Below the pieces are notes generated by a model. The model was not told the DNA's origin, did not search any database, and saw only the letters and a list, made by a program, of their open reading frames with translations. From the NCBI GenBank assembly GCA_964247055.1, contig OZ176056.1, positions 8,866,001-8,930,000 on the forward strand: 64,000 nt of DNA, in the 5' to 3' direction. The DNA is from Paragordius varius (taxonomy: Eukaryota; Animalia; Nematomorpha). Shown piece by piece: positions 1-19,861 of the stretch; positions within the stretch are counted from its first letter, which is position 1; each line of letters begins with the position of its first letter. Position numbers and translations under genes: made by a program.

Positions 1-3000
1 ATTTTGATAATGTAAGATTTAAGCATTTACTTATAGATGTTGAGGTATTTGCTTGATTATTGTTATAAGTTAGATTGAGATTTTGATTATCTAATATATT
101 TTCCCGTGTATTTTGAATATTTTCCGCCCTATTATTGCAATTATTTTTGGCATTTATAGGGTTTGGAATATCTAAAGCATCTTTTGTACAGGAATCTGAA
201 TTGGTTGAGGTATTATAATTTGTTTTATGTAACATTTGACTATTTTTAGCCTTTTCAATAATATCCATAATTATACGTTTCTCAAGGATTGTATTGGCAG
301 ATTCCTCACCTTTAATCGTTCAAATATTAAAATTTAAAATAAACTTTCTAAAAATATTTCTATTATTAGACATTCAAATTAAAAAAATAAAAATTGGATT
401 TACACAAAAAACGATAACAAGACTTTTATAAGGAAATGATTTAATTGTCAATCCTTAATTATTTGTAAATTTAATAGGATCATTATAATTATACATTTCT
501 TGGAAATCTACTTTATCAAACCTAAAAATTTGGTTTTAATTCAAAAACATATTGATTTTAATAAAACGAAAAAAAGTATTGAAATTTTTTTGAAATTTTT
601 TTTTGAAATCTGAGGAATTAAAATGAAATGCAAACTTGTATGATAAGACGAGCTTATATCAGCAACTTTTCCAGTTGAAGACGAATTATTCGTTGAACTC
701 ATGAGGTAAATGGCTGAATAGGGGGGAGTAAGGTTGGAACTTACATTCAAACCTTGTATTGGTTTTTCATTTTTTAATTCTGTTGGAAATAATCAATAGT
801 AAATTAAAATCGAAAATTTGCATTAATATTCTTTATATAAAAAAATCTAATCTTATATAGCTAATAAAGATTTCTTTGATTTTGTTACTGAAAAAAATGT
901 AATTTAATATAAAAGTCAATCCAATTATATGTATATTAATTAAAGATTTATTTTAAAACTTTGTTGGTTGGAAAAACATTAAGTACAATGTTTAAATCTC
1001 ACAATTATATTGGATAACCTTTAATAAAAAACATTCTTTCTCAAAGCTTAATCGAAATAATAATTATAATAAATGATAAATTCAGTATTTTTTTTCAAAT
1101 AAAAATTAATTAAGACTCTATACATATTTTAAAACGTAAAATTTTTTTTCAAAATCACAAAAAAATGTTATGTATTATACTAGATGAGTTAGAAAATGCT
1201 GGGCCAAATAAAAAAACGCCATCTCCTGGAGTTTTATTAATAACATCTTTGAAATTATCATTTTTATTAATAATTCCACCATTAAAAGTGCCAATAAGGA
1301 TTGGTTCTTGTTCCACCTAAAACGGGGGGAAAAAATTTTATTCAAAATAAACTTTAAAATAAAAAGTTATTTCACATAATTAGTTTTGATTTTTTAAATT
1401 TACAGTAAAAATTTAAAATAAAAAGTTATTTCACATAATTAGTTTTGATTTTTTAGATTTACAGTAAAAATTGAAATTCTACTATGGGACAAAACGTAAA
1501 AATATAAAGACAAATATTTTTTTCAAAAGATAACCCCATAAATTTTAAAAAATCTTAATTTCTCCTCTAAAAACTATAAAGTTACAATTGTAAAATATCA
1601 AATTAATTGTGTTAGTGATATATATTTCTATTTCACACTTTGCAATAAATATTAAAAATGAATAAGTTATATTATAAAATAAAATTCAAAAAAATATGGG
1701 CTTGTCTTTTAGAAAAAAAATATTTGACTTTATATTTATACGTTTTGTCCTTTTGTATAATTTCAATTTTTACTATAATTTCTAAAAAAACGATAAATAC
1801 CATTAACACTTCAAATTTACCCTTGAACAATACAAATTCACCAAAAATTATATTCTTAAATAAAAAATTACTTGTAGTTTTTTATATTTTTTTAAATATA
1901 AATATTTTGTTTTAAATTAAAATAATACTGAAAAAATAATAAACTAAGCGATCAAGATGCATTTTATATTAATGAATTATATTAGTTGCCCGAAAACACA
2001 TAATTTATTCTTAGGGTAGATTTGAATTGTTCAAGGGGTGATTTCGATTTAATTTTAATTTTCAATTTTAAATTTTATAAAAACACCTTTCTAACCTAAT
2101 TTTCAAAACAAAAATAAATTTTTTCATTTAAATACATGTATAATATAGTTAAATATATTTTTTTCAAAATTAATCAAAATTTTTAACCTTTTGACTTTTA
2201 ACTTCACCAATTTTAACGTGTCCAGCCCATTCTTGGGTGATTGTAAAATAAGTCGGTTGACTATAAAGTAAGGTTATTTGATGTCGAGCTAATCTTTTTA
2301 ACATTGGGGTAGTCACATTATCATTTAAATTATTGAAATTATTCAAATTATTTGAATTATAATTGGAATTTGAATTGGTTGACGAAGTAATAATTAATTT
2401 ACGTTTTCTTGTAGGCATATCCTCCTTAGGTTTTGTAATGTTTTCTAACATACAGTAAAAATTGAAATTATACGGACAAAATGCAAAAATATAAAGACAT
2501 TTTTTTTTCGAAAGATAACCATACTATTTTAAACCTTAATTATTTTAAATATATAATTGTTTTAAACTGCAAAGTGTAAAATATATATATATATATATAT
2601 ATATATTAGTAAGAAAATCAATGGCATATTTTACGATTGTTGTTGAATGCTTTTAAAAGAATAAGTACGGTGGTCTTTTAAAAATATATTTTGTCTCTAT
2701 ATTTTTACGTTTTGTCCGTTATAATTTTAATTTTTACTGTTAGTTAGTTGCAAAGAATGTATAATTATTAATAATAGCATTTTAAAAAATAAAAAAAAAT
2801 GCTTTAAATAATTCCATTTCAATTATAAGAGCATACACAATCGATGCTATAATAAAAAAAGATTAATCTTTAAAAAAATTAACTTTTAAGTTTAAATTCT
2901 AATTATAATAAATCAAAAATTTACGATATAGGATAAGTATTCTTTATTTTTCAAAAAAATATAAAAATTTCATACGGACAAAACGTAAAATTTGAAAACA

Positions 3001-3450
3001 TATATCAAAAGTCAACCATACTTTTTTAAACCTTAAACTTTTTCTACATAAGGTATTAAATTACAATTGTATGTAGAATTGATTGTGTTAGTGATATATA
3101 TATATATATATATATCTATATTTCACACTTTGCAATTCTAAATAATGAGTTGTGGTCAAAAAAGAGCTAAAAAGTATGGGTGAAAGTCTGTTAAGAAAAA
3201 ATATTTGTCTTTATATTTTTAAGTTTTGTCTCCGTATAATTTCAATTGTTACTGTATATATAAGAACCCATTTAAATCGAAATAAAAATAAAATTACCTG
3301 TATTCTTATTTCGTAATAAAGTATTTTCAAGATCTGTGCTTTTTTCATCACGATAATCATTGCCAAAAACTGAAAGGGATTTCGATCTAACCGATTCTGA
3401 CGAGGAAAATAAATATTTTCTTGGATTATCCGATGCTAAAACTTCTTTGG

Positions 3451-3489
<39 letters not shown>

Positions 3490-6400
3490 GAAAAAAACTA
3501 AAAATTATAAGGACAAATTATTTTTCTCGAAAGACAACCTTACCTGGTATTTTGGATTATAACTTATTTAGGTTTGCAAACTAAGGAATAAACATTTAAT
3601 TTGTTTTTAATACAATAAATAATATTTTGATTGATTGGTTTTGAGTTGAATCAAAAAGATAAGGCAGGCTGTCTTTAGTGAAAAAATTTGTCTTTTTTAC
3701 GTTCCATCTTAAAATACTATTCGATGTGCATATATACCATTTACAATTCAAATTTAGCCTTGGACAATTCCAATTCACCCTAAAAAATAATATATGTTTT
3801 AAGAGATTAAAAATTATATTTTCATATATTTTTAAAAAATAAAAGTTTTGTTTTACATTAAAATAATACTGAAAAAATAATAAACTATGCCATAAAGATA
3901 TATATCATATTAATAATGAGTTATATTAGTTCGAAAACAAATAATATATTTTTAGGGTGAATTTGATTAAATGGTATATAATTAAAATTATAACATATAT
4001 TCATATATATATATATATATATATATAAATGATAAATTAAAGTTGGCAACATACATGAATATTTCAATAATTATGATATATGAATTTTGATTAAAAAACT
4101 ATTTTTTAAATAAAATTAATATTATTCTTATTATTATCTAATAATTTCAATAGTAAAACTTTTACAAAACTAGATCGATTAAATAAAACTACAAAAAGTC
4201 CCCATATACCTTTTGACATATCCAAAAAAATTTTTTTTAGAAACTTACAATAAAAATTGAAATTATACGGAAGGATAAAACAACGTAAAAATATAAAGAC
4301 ATTTTTTCTAAAAAACAACCATTTTAAATTTTGATTAATTTAAATTCATTGTTTTTTATTTCTTAAAGTATAAAATAGAGATATATATTAGTAACATAAT
4401 CAATTATATATTTTAGGCTTGTTTTTAAGTATTTTACCAGGATTTATTTAGGTTTAAAAAACCATGGTTTTCTTTTTAAAAAAAAATTTTGTCTATATAT
4501 TTTTACTATGTTTTGTCCTACCGTATAATTTCAATTTTTACTGTAAAATTTAAGTATTCGACAAAAAAAACGACAAAAATATGGTAAAAATTGCAATATA
4601 TTGGTTACAACTCCCATTTTAGTAAATTTTTATAGTCTATAATGCCATTTTTTCAATATTAATAATTTTTTTAATTTTAATCCTAATTTTTTTTTTCTAA
4701 ATCAAACAAGGAACCTAATAATTTAATAAAATATATAATATGTAAACTTACTCTTATACTTAGAAGTTTTTTCCAGAAAAAAAAAACAATTTTTTTAATT
4801 ACCACATTGTTGAAGTACAATAGTAGGGGGAGTTTTATGTTGGAATTGTTTAGTATTAGCGATATTTTGGGATTTATCATTTATTGTGTTATCATTAGAA
4901 AAATTTGATGTTAAATTAGAATTATTGTCACTAGAGGGCGCAATTTTTGAGGTTTGATTTGTTGGATTCTGAGAAAAAAGAAAAAAATCAAAAAATTCAA
5001 CGCTTTTTTGCAGAAAAAAAGTAATTTTTTCCATACAAGATTTTCGGAAAAAATATATTTAAAAGTTACATCATAATAAATTAATACTTATAACTTAACC
5101 TAAGCCAATTCAATTAATACAATCAACATAAACACATAAATGATATTTTCTTAGAAAACTCAAGTGTTTAACATTATATATATACATATAATAAATATTG
5201 TAAAATTTTAATACTCTAAAGTTTCTTTCATTTTCTATTAAAAAAAATAAATGTTTTTAACAATAAAAATATTTAAAAAAAAATACTTTAAAACAAAAAG
5301 TTTAAAAATTCCCATATATAATAAAACTCACCAAATTTACCATTGAATTTCCACCATCATTCTTCTTTGCGTTGACTTTAATGTTTTTGTGATTTGAATT
5401 TGATTGAGATTTTTTAGATAATTTTCTATTCTTTTTACTACATTTCGTTTCAGCATTAAAATTGCTAATATTAATATTAGTTTTATTCTTATTGGATTCT
5501 ACAGGAACTGACATAAGGTGTTTATAGGAATGTGATCTTAACTTTCTTCGATAATACGAAAATCTAAAACTTGACCTTTTATTAATATCATCAATATTCC
5601 TATTATTATTATCAATATTTTCTTTATTCCCACAGTCAATATTATCATTATATATGCGCTCTAAAACCTGATCAAACCCCACGTCAGTTGCCATATTGGA
5701 ATCTAACTTTATATATTTTAAACAAAAATATTAAATAAGAAAAAAAGTATATGTTAAAAAAATATTTAATACAGTAAAATTTAAAATTATACGGACAAAA
5801 CGTGAAAATATAGGGACAAATATTTTTTTCTAAAAGACAACCTAATCTTGAATTTTTTTAATTATAACTCATTGTTTTAAACTACAAAGTATAATATAAA
5901 ATGTAAATTGGTAACACAATCAATTATGTGTTTTTACGATTGTAATTAAATGTTTATAGGGCAAATTGAGTTTTAAAAAATTGTGGTTATCTTTTGGAAA
6001 AAAATTTTGTTTTTATATTTTTAAATTTTGTCCTTATAATTTCAATTTTTACTGTACTTTTGATCAAAATCTTAAATTTATTACTTTTATAAACAATTAC
6101 TATATATATGTGGATATATAAATCTTTTTAACATTATTTTAAGCTAATTTGACAAAAAAGTATCAAATCAAAGCTTAAGCTATCTTTATTTTATATTTTT
6201 AAATATTTTTATTTTAAACTCAAATTTTTATAAAAAAGTTATAAATAAAAACAAATTTTTTATAAAAAAAACTAATTATTACATTTTGTTTTACAGTTGG
6301 TGAGGTGATAATTACTGGATCTTGTAATTTCTGTTGAACATTTTCTGGGTTATTTTGATACATACAACTGTACTTTTTGATCAAATTTCGAGATGTTTTA

Positions 6401-7737
6401 AAACTATTATAGATATATAAAAAATAAAAATTTCAATATTTGAATCTAGAATATAATTTAATAGAGAGTTGTTTACCTTTTAGGTTTTTTATATTGGAAA
6501 TAATAAAAATAATTACAGGGTTGAAATTTCATTTCAAATAAAAATTATACAGTAAAAATTTATGCATCTACGATAAAATTACTCATCTAATCCTCTCTTG
6601 ATTTATAAAAATACTTTTAAATTTGTTTTTTAAGATACAAAAAATCTTAAGGTCCTTAAAAAATGCAAAAATAAAAAAAGAACTACAAACTTTGTTGAAA
6701 GTCGAACTAAACTTTTGCGTCCTTTATCTGTTTTCTGAGATTTTTTTGATTTATTGGGGGATTTGTTTGAGTTTTCGGTTTTAGGCAAATTTTCTTTATT
6801 CTCGCCGTTTACTAAAACATATATATAAAGATAATTGTTTAAATTGAATATATGATACATAAAAGTAGATTAAAATTTAAAAACAAATGATTTTTATTTT
6901 TATTTAAAATTTCAACTCTAAAACTAATGTAATTACAATATGGACATTTGTAATGGTTCTATTCGCATTATAATTGAAAAAATCAACAACACATTAATGT
7001 ATGGAAAAAACGACAAATTATTGGGAATAAACATTTTTCTCCTGCCTTACAACAATAAATATGTTTTAATTATGGACAAAATGTGTTTTAAAACACACAC
7101 TAAAGTATTTTATTTTTATTATATTTTACCGTAATAAATTTACATAAAAAAATTTCTTACATTCATCAGTAACAAAAGGCATTGATTTTACAAGATCTTT
7201 CAAAGGGGTGACAACTTTAAGTAATTTAGATTCGGAATTCGTCAAATTTTGACTTTCAAAAACCGGAATGTGTGAGTTGGTATCTCCCTCAGAATCACGC
7301 TAGAAAATGAAAACAAAATTTGTAAAAATATTTAATTTAAAAATAACTCTTATAATTATATATAACATATACTTGAGATTTATCTGGGGTGGTTTGAGTT
7401 AATCTTTTCTCAAAACTTTAATACATGGATTAAATTAGAAAATAAACTTTTTTGGTTTGGCTGACTCAAGAATAATTTTTTTACGAGGTGGTGAGATGAA
7501 CGTTTTTTCGGCAGATATATTCTCATCATCGCATATTATATCGCTGTGATTATTAGAATCCAAATTTAAAGGTTCAGTGTCTGCAACCATGATTGAATCA
7601 TTAGGATCCATATTGGATGAGTATTTAATGGTTGAAACATTTTGTCTTAAATTCACAGACAATTTATCTTCCTCGATACAAGTATCATCCGGATCAATTA
7701 ATTCAGTGTCGCTAAATATATCTTTTAGAATTATATC
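1..7737 (-). CDS. Unidentified multi-exon gene; long low-complexity N/S/K-rich protein with KEN boxes and SP/TP motifs (5' start unresolved, runs off the left edge)
   Basis: Phase-consistent AG/GT-bounded exons read on the minus strand: 7737-7448, 7415-7373, 7299-7161, 6811-6691, 6403-6295, 5706-5332, 4968-4803, 3453-3298, 2444-2188, 1316-1181, 779-636, 309-<1. All are open in the spliced frame. It contains NKENL and GNKENID plus a globular-looking patch (LLYSQPTYFTITQEWAGHVKIG...EPILIGTF...TPGDGVFLFG...LTPPYSAIYLM). Family not recognised. Confidence 0.7.
1351..1468. repeat. 59-bp tandem duplication that includes the end of a MITE
   Basis: TAAAATAAAAAGTTATTTCACATAATTAGTTTTGATTTTTTA(A/G)ATTTACAGTAAAAA occurs twice. 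Confidence 0.8.
5772..6054. mobile_element. MITE family 1 (Tc1/mariner-type, TA target, long TIRs starting CAGTAAAAATTGAAATTATACGGACAAAACG); representative copy
   Basis: TA|CAGTAAAA...TTTTACTG|TA with ~75-bp inverted arms. About 20 full or partial copies, e.g. 1462-1775, 2453-2739, ~2960-3254, 4248-4543, 10323-10606, ~13712-14210, ~16523-16800, ~17893, ~24812, ~31996-32252, ~38066-38316, ~47350-47580, ~59585-59844, 61495-~61760, ~63489-63726. Confidence 0.9.
7416..7447 (-). other. 32-nt intron in the unidentified left-hand gene
   Basis: GTTTAT...ATTAAAG. Removing it bypasses a TAA and links two otherwise open, phase-compatible exons. Confidence 0.6.
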
Positions 7738-7924
7738 CTAAAAATATACTTTGAGACATGCTTGCTTTTTGAATTTTTTCAGTTCATAGTTGAAAACATC
7801 TGCGAAATATACAGCATGTGCAAAAAATGGCTTGCATATATAATAATACTTATATTATAACAAATGAATTTATCAGGATCATGGCTTTTTATCTAGGGGA
7901 TAAAATTAAAATGCTATTTCCAGT

Positions 7925-8030
7925 TATTTGGTAACTGCTCCGTATCAGAACGCAAAACTAGCGCACGGGGGAAAACCTATTTTTCAGAAACTAATATTTC
8001 AACCTAAAAATATCATTAAATAGCAGAAAC
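7925..8030. repeat. Short dispersed repeat also present at ~34705-34810
   Basis: Shared TTGGTAACTGCT(C/T)C(G/A)TATCAGAA and CTAAAAATATCA. Confidence 0.45.
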
Positions 8031-9319
8031 TATAGAGAAAGCGAAACAAAATTTATATTAATTTCAAAATTTTAGCTGTAGAAGCTCTTAAAGTATATTG
8101 TTTAGCCTCTCTGAAATAGGTTTGAAAATACCGGATTCATGGAAACAATTTTATAGACATGTTTTATTTATGACATAATAAACAAAATTTTTAAATATTT
8201 ACTCTTGTCTTAGATATTTTGCAAAATTTGTTGAAGCATACTTCATTGGCAAAAACAAAATATTTCTAATCTCCGACTATAAATATAACCTGAAAAAATA
8301 TACTTTGATAGGAAAATGTAAAAATTAATGATGGTGCTTTTAGTCTGGCCCCCGAATGATAAACACTGTGTCCGTATTTCTATATTGATGGAAATATTAG
8401 GATTATGATGGTGCTTTTAGTTTTGGTTGAATGATATAAGAAAGCTATATACACTTAAGTTGTAAATGTCTATTGGAAACCTGTTATCTTGTAAAGATGA
8501 GGAGATAATATAAGAAATGTGAAATGAATTTATTCGGTTTTTTAGGGTTTATATATACTAATTTTAGTTGCACATAATTTGCATTACGACAATAAAAAGT
8601 AACAAAGGATATAATATTTACATAGTACCAAAAAAATATAGAAAATATTACAATTCAAATACGCCGAAGGTTATGATATACAACCAAGGTATGTATTTCC
8701 AATTTGCATGTAACACAGATAATTATGATATAAAAACAAATTATATATTTCAGATTTGCATAACAAATCCACAGCAAAATTTGCGCACATTTTTTATATA
8801 TTTTTTTTCCTTCCAATAATTATTACTCATAAATATCATAAACTCTCTATCAAAAGCAAAATAATGTTAAATAATTTTAATTCTTAGATGTGGAATAAAA
8901 AAGCCGCATGTTGCGCATCTAAAATGGATATAAAATAAACGCACGCGAGAAAAACATTACATATAAGCGCTAAATTTTGATTAATAAAATTAAAAGCACC
9001 ATGATATCCATGATACATTTTGTCAAAAATTGTGTACATTTTTATTAATAACCAATAAGATATAAAATAAAAGCACAAACCCTCTTTTAAGCAATATATT
9101 TTTGTTTACCGCTTTATGTCCACTCTCAATTTTATTATCAAAAATATATTATTATTGTAATATTTACAATATTAAGATTAATATAAATATATATACAATA
9201 CGGATGTTCAAAGCACTACTTTGTGTAACGGAAAAAAGACTTCAACTAAACTTTTGTTAATGGGTCGTATCAGGATTAATTTACGCTACTAATTAAAACC
9301 TTATTAACACTTGAATGCA

Positions 9320-9700
9320 ACACACTTATTTTAGTCCTTCGATTCAAATTGGGGTAGTTGGATAGCCTGTTTAAAATTAAATTCTATAAAAAATATAGAA
9401 GGAATCGAAACCATTGCAAAATTTTGCACTTATCTAACATTAATAAACCGAATATAAAAAATTATATTCAAAAATACCCGAAAGGTAAAAATCTCGTCAA
9501 CGTGGCATGTGTCAAATTGTAAAATTGAAGAATACCGCTTTTTCTATTTCTATCAATGTTAGATGTAATTTATATAAAAAATTAGCTTTAGTTTTACCCT
9601 TAATATAAATAAAGACAATATTTTGCAAAAATTTTGTAAATTAATATTGGCGTCGAATAAGTTTGGAGCTTTTTTTCAAAACAAAATTTTATCAAGATTT
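9320..9700. repeat. Dispersed repeat upstream of PSMC2; inverted copy at ~48465-48890
   Basis: Collinear matches to the reverse complement of 48.5-48.9 kb: AGTCCTTC(G/A)ATTCAAATTGGG, GCCTGTTTAAAATT, GAAGGAAT(C/T)GAAACCAT, TATCAAT..TAGATGT, ATATTTTGCAAAAAT, TGGCG(T/C)CGAA. Confidence 0.75.
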
Positions 9701-9920
9701 TGGCATATTTATATAATATTTATTAGGATAGAACAAAAATTTAAATTGGGACCGTTTCCTTCAGTAGTTTTTTAAAAAATTAATTTAAATTTAGTCTGGG
9801 GTATTAAGATACCCCATTTTAATCGGAGTGTTAATTTACCGAGCTTTTATAATAATAATCAACAAATACGAATATTTTTATATTTACAGTTTGCTTACTT
9901 TACCAAGCTTGACACTTGTG

Positions 9921-17006
<7,086 letters not shown>

Positions 17007-17666
17007 TTAATTCAATTGATTAAGGAATGATTTTTATAAATTTTGTGTTGATAATACATTTATTTTTGCTTACGATTATTATGTTGTAAACTCAATAAAA
17101 AAATTTCTAAAATAGGTAGTATATAAATTTAAGTTTTTTTCCCGAGGTAGTTTTTTTAAAGCAGGCATAAAGGGTATAATACAGTAAAGGCATAAATTAT
17201 CGAATACAGATGTAAATTAGTTTTCCACATTCAATTTTTACGATTGTTATTTAATATTTTTTTATAAGATATATCGAGCTTTAAAAAAAATATGGTTGTT
17301 TTTCCGAAAAAAAAAATTGTCTTTTTAAACCTTTTATTATAATCTTATTTTATTGTACAAAATAAAATTAAAGTAAAACTATTTTCAAATTTACATAATT
17401 GTATAATAACATGATATATTAAACCGCGCAAAGGTCGTTGGCTTTGACGCGAAAAATATCAAAACCACAAAATTATTTATATAAAAAAGTAAAAAAATAA
17501 AAATAAGGCTTCAGATTTATTTACACACGTATTTTCGTTGTTTAAAGTGTACTTCTATATTAAAATGATTATTGTAATATAGTCCACTAATATATATTTG
17601 TTTAAAATTTTAATAAGAGGAGATCTTTGAATCCTGAGAAGGTATGAGAATATACATATTTCTTAT

Positions 17667-19861
17667 CTATCCATATTTCTTTTGTACTTTTTGTCGAATT
17701 AACGTGGATTTGATAAACTTTTTCCAATGCATCAAAGCTTTTTTGGATATTTTCTAAACTCAGAAGAAAAAAAATAAAATTCATTATTTTATATGATTAA
17801 TAATAAATTAATTTAAACTAACTAACCTCTTTTTCAGCATTCTCAGCAGCTATTTGATATCTGTCATATTCATCCAATAACCTTTATTTATATACAGTAA
17901 GTAAAAATTGAATTTTACGGACAAAGCGTAAAAATATAAAGACAAATAATTTTCTTTAAAAGACAACCCCCTGTACTTTTTTTAACCTTAATTTTTTTTA
18001 TAAACTATTTAATTACACAATTGTAAAATATATGATTGATTGTGTTACCAATTGACATCTTTATTTCATGCCTGGCAAGTTAAAACAATAAGTCATGTCT
18101 AAAAAAACAAATTTAAAAAAGTTTTGAAAAACAATGTGGTTTAAATAAAATTTCGGATAAAAAAAGCAACTAATAATGTTAAAACTCAAACAATTACTTA
18201 AAAACTACATAGACTATGTTAGAAATATTGAAACTTGTATAAAAAATTATTTGGCTTTATAAACAAAGAAAAGGTATCTTAAATTTTGGTCGATGTCTCT
18301 AAAAATTGCTTTGGATTTAAAAAATTTAGTTTTTTTTTCAAAAAAAAAATCATATAGTTTTTAGAAATGTGTTTTTTAATTTTGCAAAAAAAAGTTTAAA
18401 AAATTTATGGCAAAAAATCTGAAAAACCAATCGTTTTTAATCTTTTTCGAGAATGATCCATTCACTTATAAATTTTTAATAAGACTAGGTCTCAGTTCTT
18501 TATAGTATGTTAAAACTGTAAATATCACGTTTTACACTTATTTTTCAAAATTTAATGGCTTAAAAATCTGAAAAAAGGCTGCAAAGACCGTTGTATTACA
18601 AAACTACCCTACCTATCAATCTAAACAAATATAATTTTCAATTTCGTTCATTTTAGCGAAAATAAAATCTGAAAAAAAGCTGCAAAGACTGTGTATTACA
18701 AAACTACCCTACCACCCATCAATCTATCAACATATAAAATTTTCAATTTGTTTCATTCAATGAAGCGAAAAAAGCAAAATTTGGCAAAAAAACGCAAAAC
18801 GTAAACCACCTTTCTTGATGTTGTTCGAGAATGACCCATCCATCTATAATAAGAAAAGTGTGACCTCCACTAAATTTTTAATAAGACTAGGTCGAACTTC
18901 TTTATAGTAAGTTTAAACTTAAAATATCACGTTTAAACTTATTTTTTCAAAACTTAGCTAGAAATCCGAAAAAAAGGTGCAAAGACTGTGTATTACAAAA
19001 CTATCCAACCACCTATCAATCTAAACATATAAAAAAATTTTCAATTTCATTCATTTTAAGCGCAAAAATAAAATCGAAAAAAAAACGCAAACCACACACC
19101 TTTCTTGATCTTGTTCGAGAATGACCCATTCATCTATAATAAGAAAAGTGTGACCTCCCCTAAATTTTTAATAAGACTAGGTCTCAATTCTTTATAGTAA
19201 GTTTAACACTTATCAAAATTTAATAGCTAAAAAACCGGAAAAAAAGCTGCAAAGACCGTAGAACTAACCATCAATCTAAACATATAAAATTTACAATTTG
19301 TTTCATTTTAAGCGAAAAAAACTGAAAAAAAACCGTAAACCACCACCTTTCTTGATCTTGTTCGAGAATGACCCATCCACCTATGATGGTAAAAGTGTGA
19401 CCTCCGCTATATTTTTAATAATACTAGGTCTCAGTTCTTTATAGGAAGTTAAAACTTTAAATATCACGTTTTAAACTTATTTTTTCGAATTTAAATAGCT
19501 AGAAATCTGAAAAAAGCTGCACTGTGTGACAAAACTACTCAACTACCAATCAATCTATTAACATTAAAATTTTCAATTTGCTTCATTCAATTAAGCGCAA
19601 AAAACTTAAAAAAACTGTAAACCTTTCCTGATCTTGTTCGAGAATGACCCATCCATCTATGATGGGGAAAGCGTGACCCCCACTAAATTCCCAACCTCTC
19701 ATGGCGGGAACGCATTGTAAACCGCCACCTCCGCCGTTTGGACCTAATCTTTGGGCAACGCGGTTTAAGCCCGGAAGACCGGAGAGATAAACACAACCCA
19801 GGGGGAGCATTGACATTTTAAAGAGTTCCACGTTTCCGTACGTATTAACTGGAATTTTTCC
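17667..19861 (-). CDS. XPC: Duplicated XPC exons 13-15 (second, intact 3' cassette)
   Basis: Exons 19861-19623, 17881-17827, 17753-17667 (TAG) have the same lengths and phases as 26614-24571. The BHD3 exon protein is identical (7 synonymous codon differences). The last two exons have 5 synonymous and 4 replacement codons. Confidence 0.85.
18436..19622 (-). repeat. Tandem array A of XPC exon-3'-end + donor + intron units (3 intact 60-nt exon-like cores, 1 decayed)
   Basis: Cores 19406-19347, 19159-19100 and 18869-18810 are each AG|60 nt|GT on the minus strand. A decayed core lies at ~18436-18480. Spacing is 276, 247 and 290 nt. Confidence 0.9.

Noticed and set aside
1181-2300. Assignment of the left-hand gene as haspin kinase (KIGE) or KNL2 (SANTA)
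   Set aside because: Only a few residues match by eye and the kinase motifs are absent. No symbol assigned.
4160-4210. Possible extra exon GIWGLFVVLFNRSS in the left-hand gene
   Set aside because: It is phase-compatible but has weak donors and is not needed, since 4803>3453 already joins in frame. Left unresolved.
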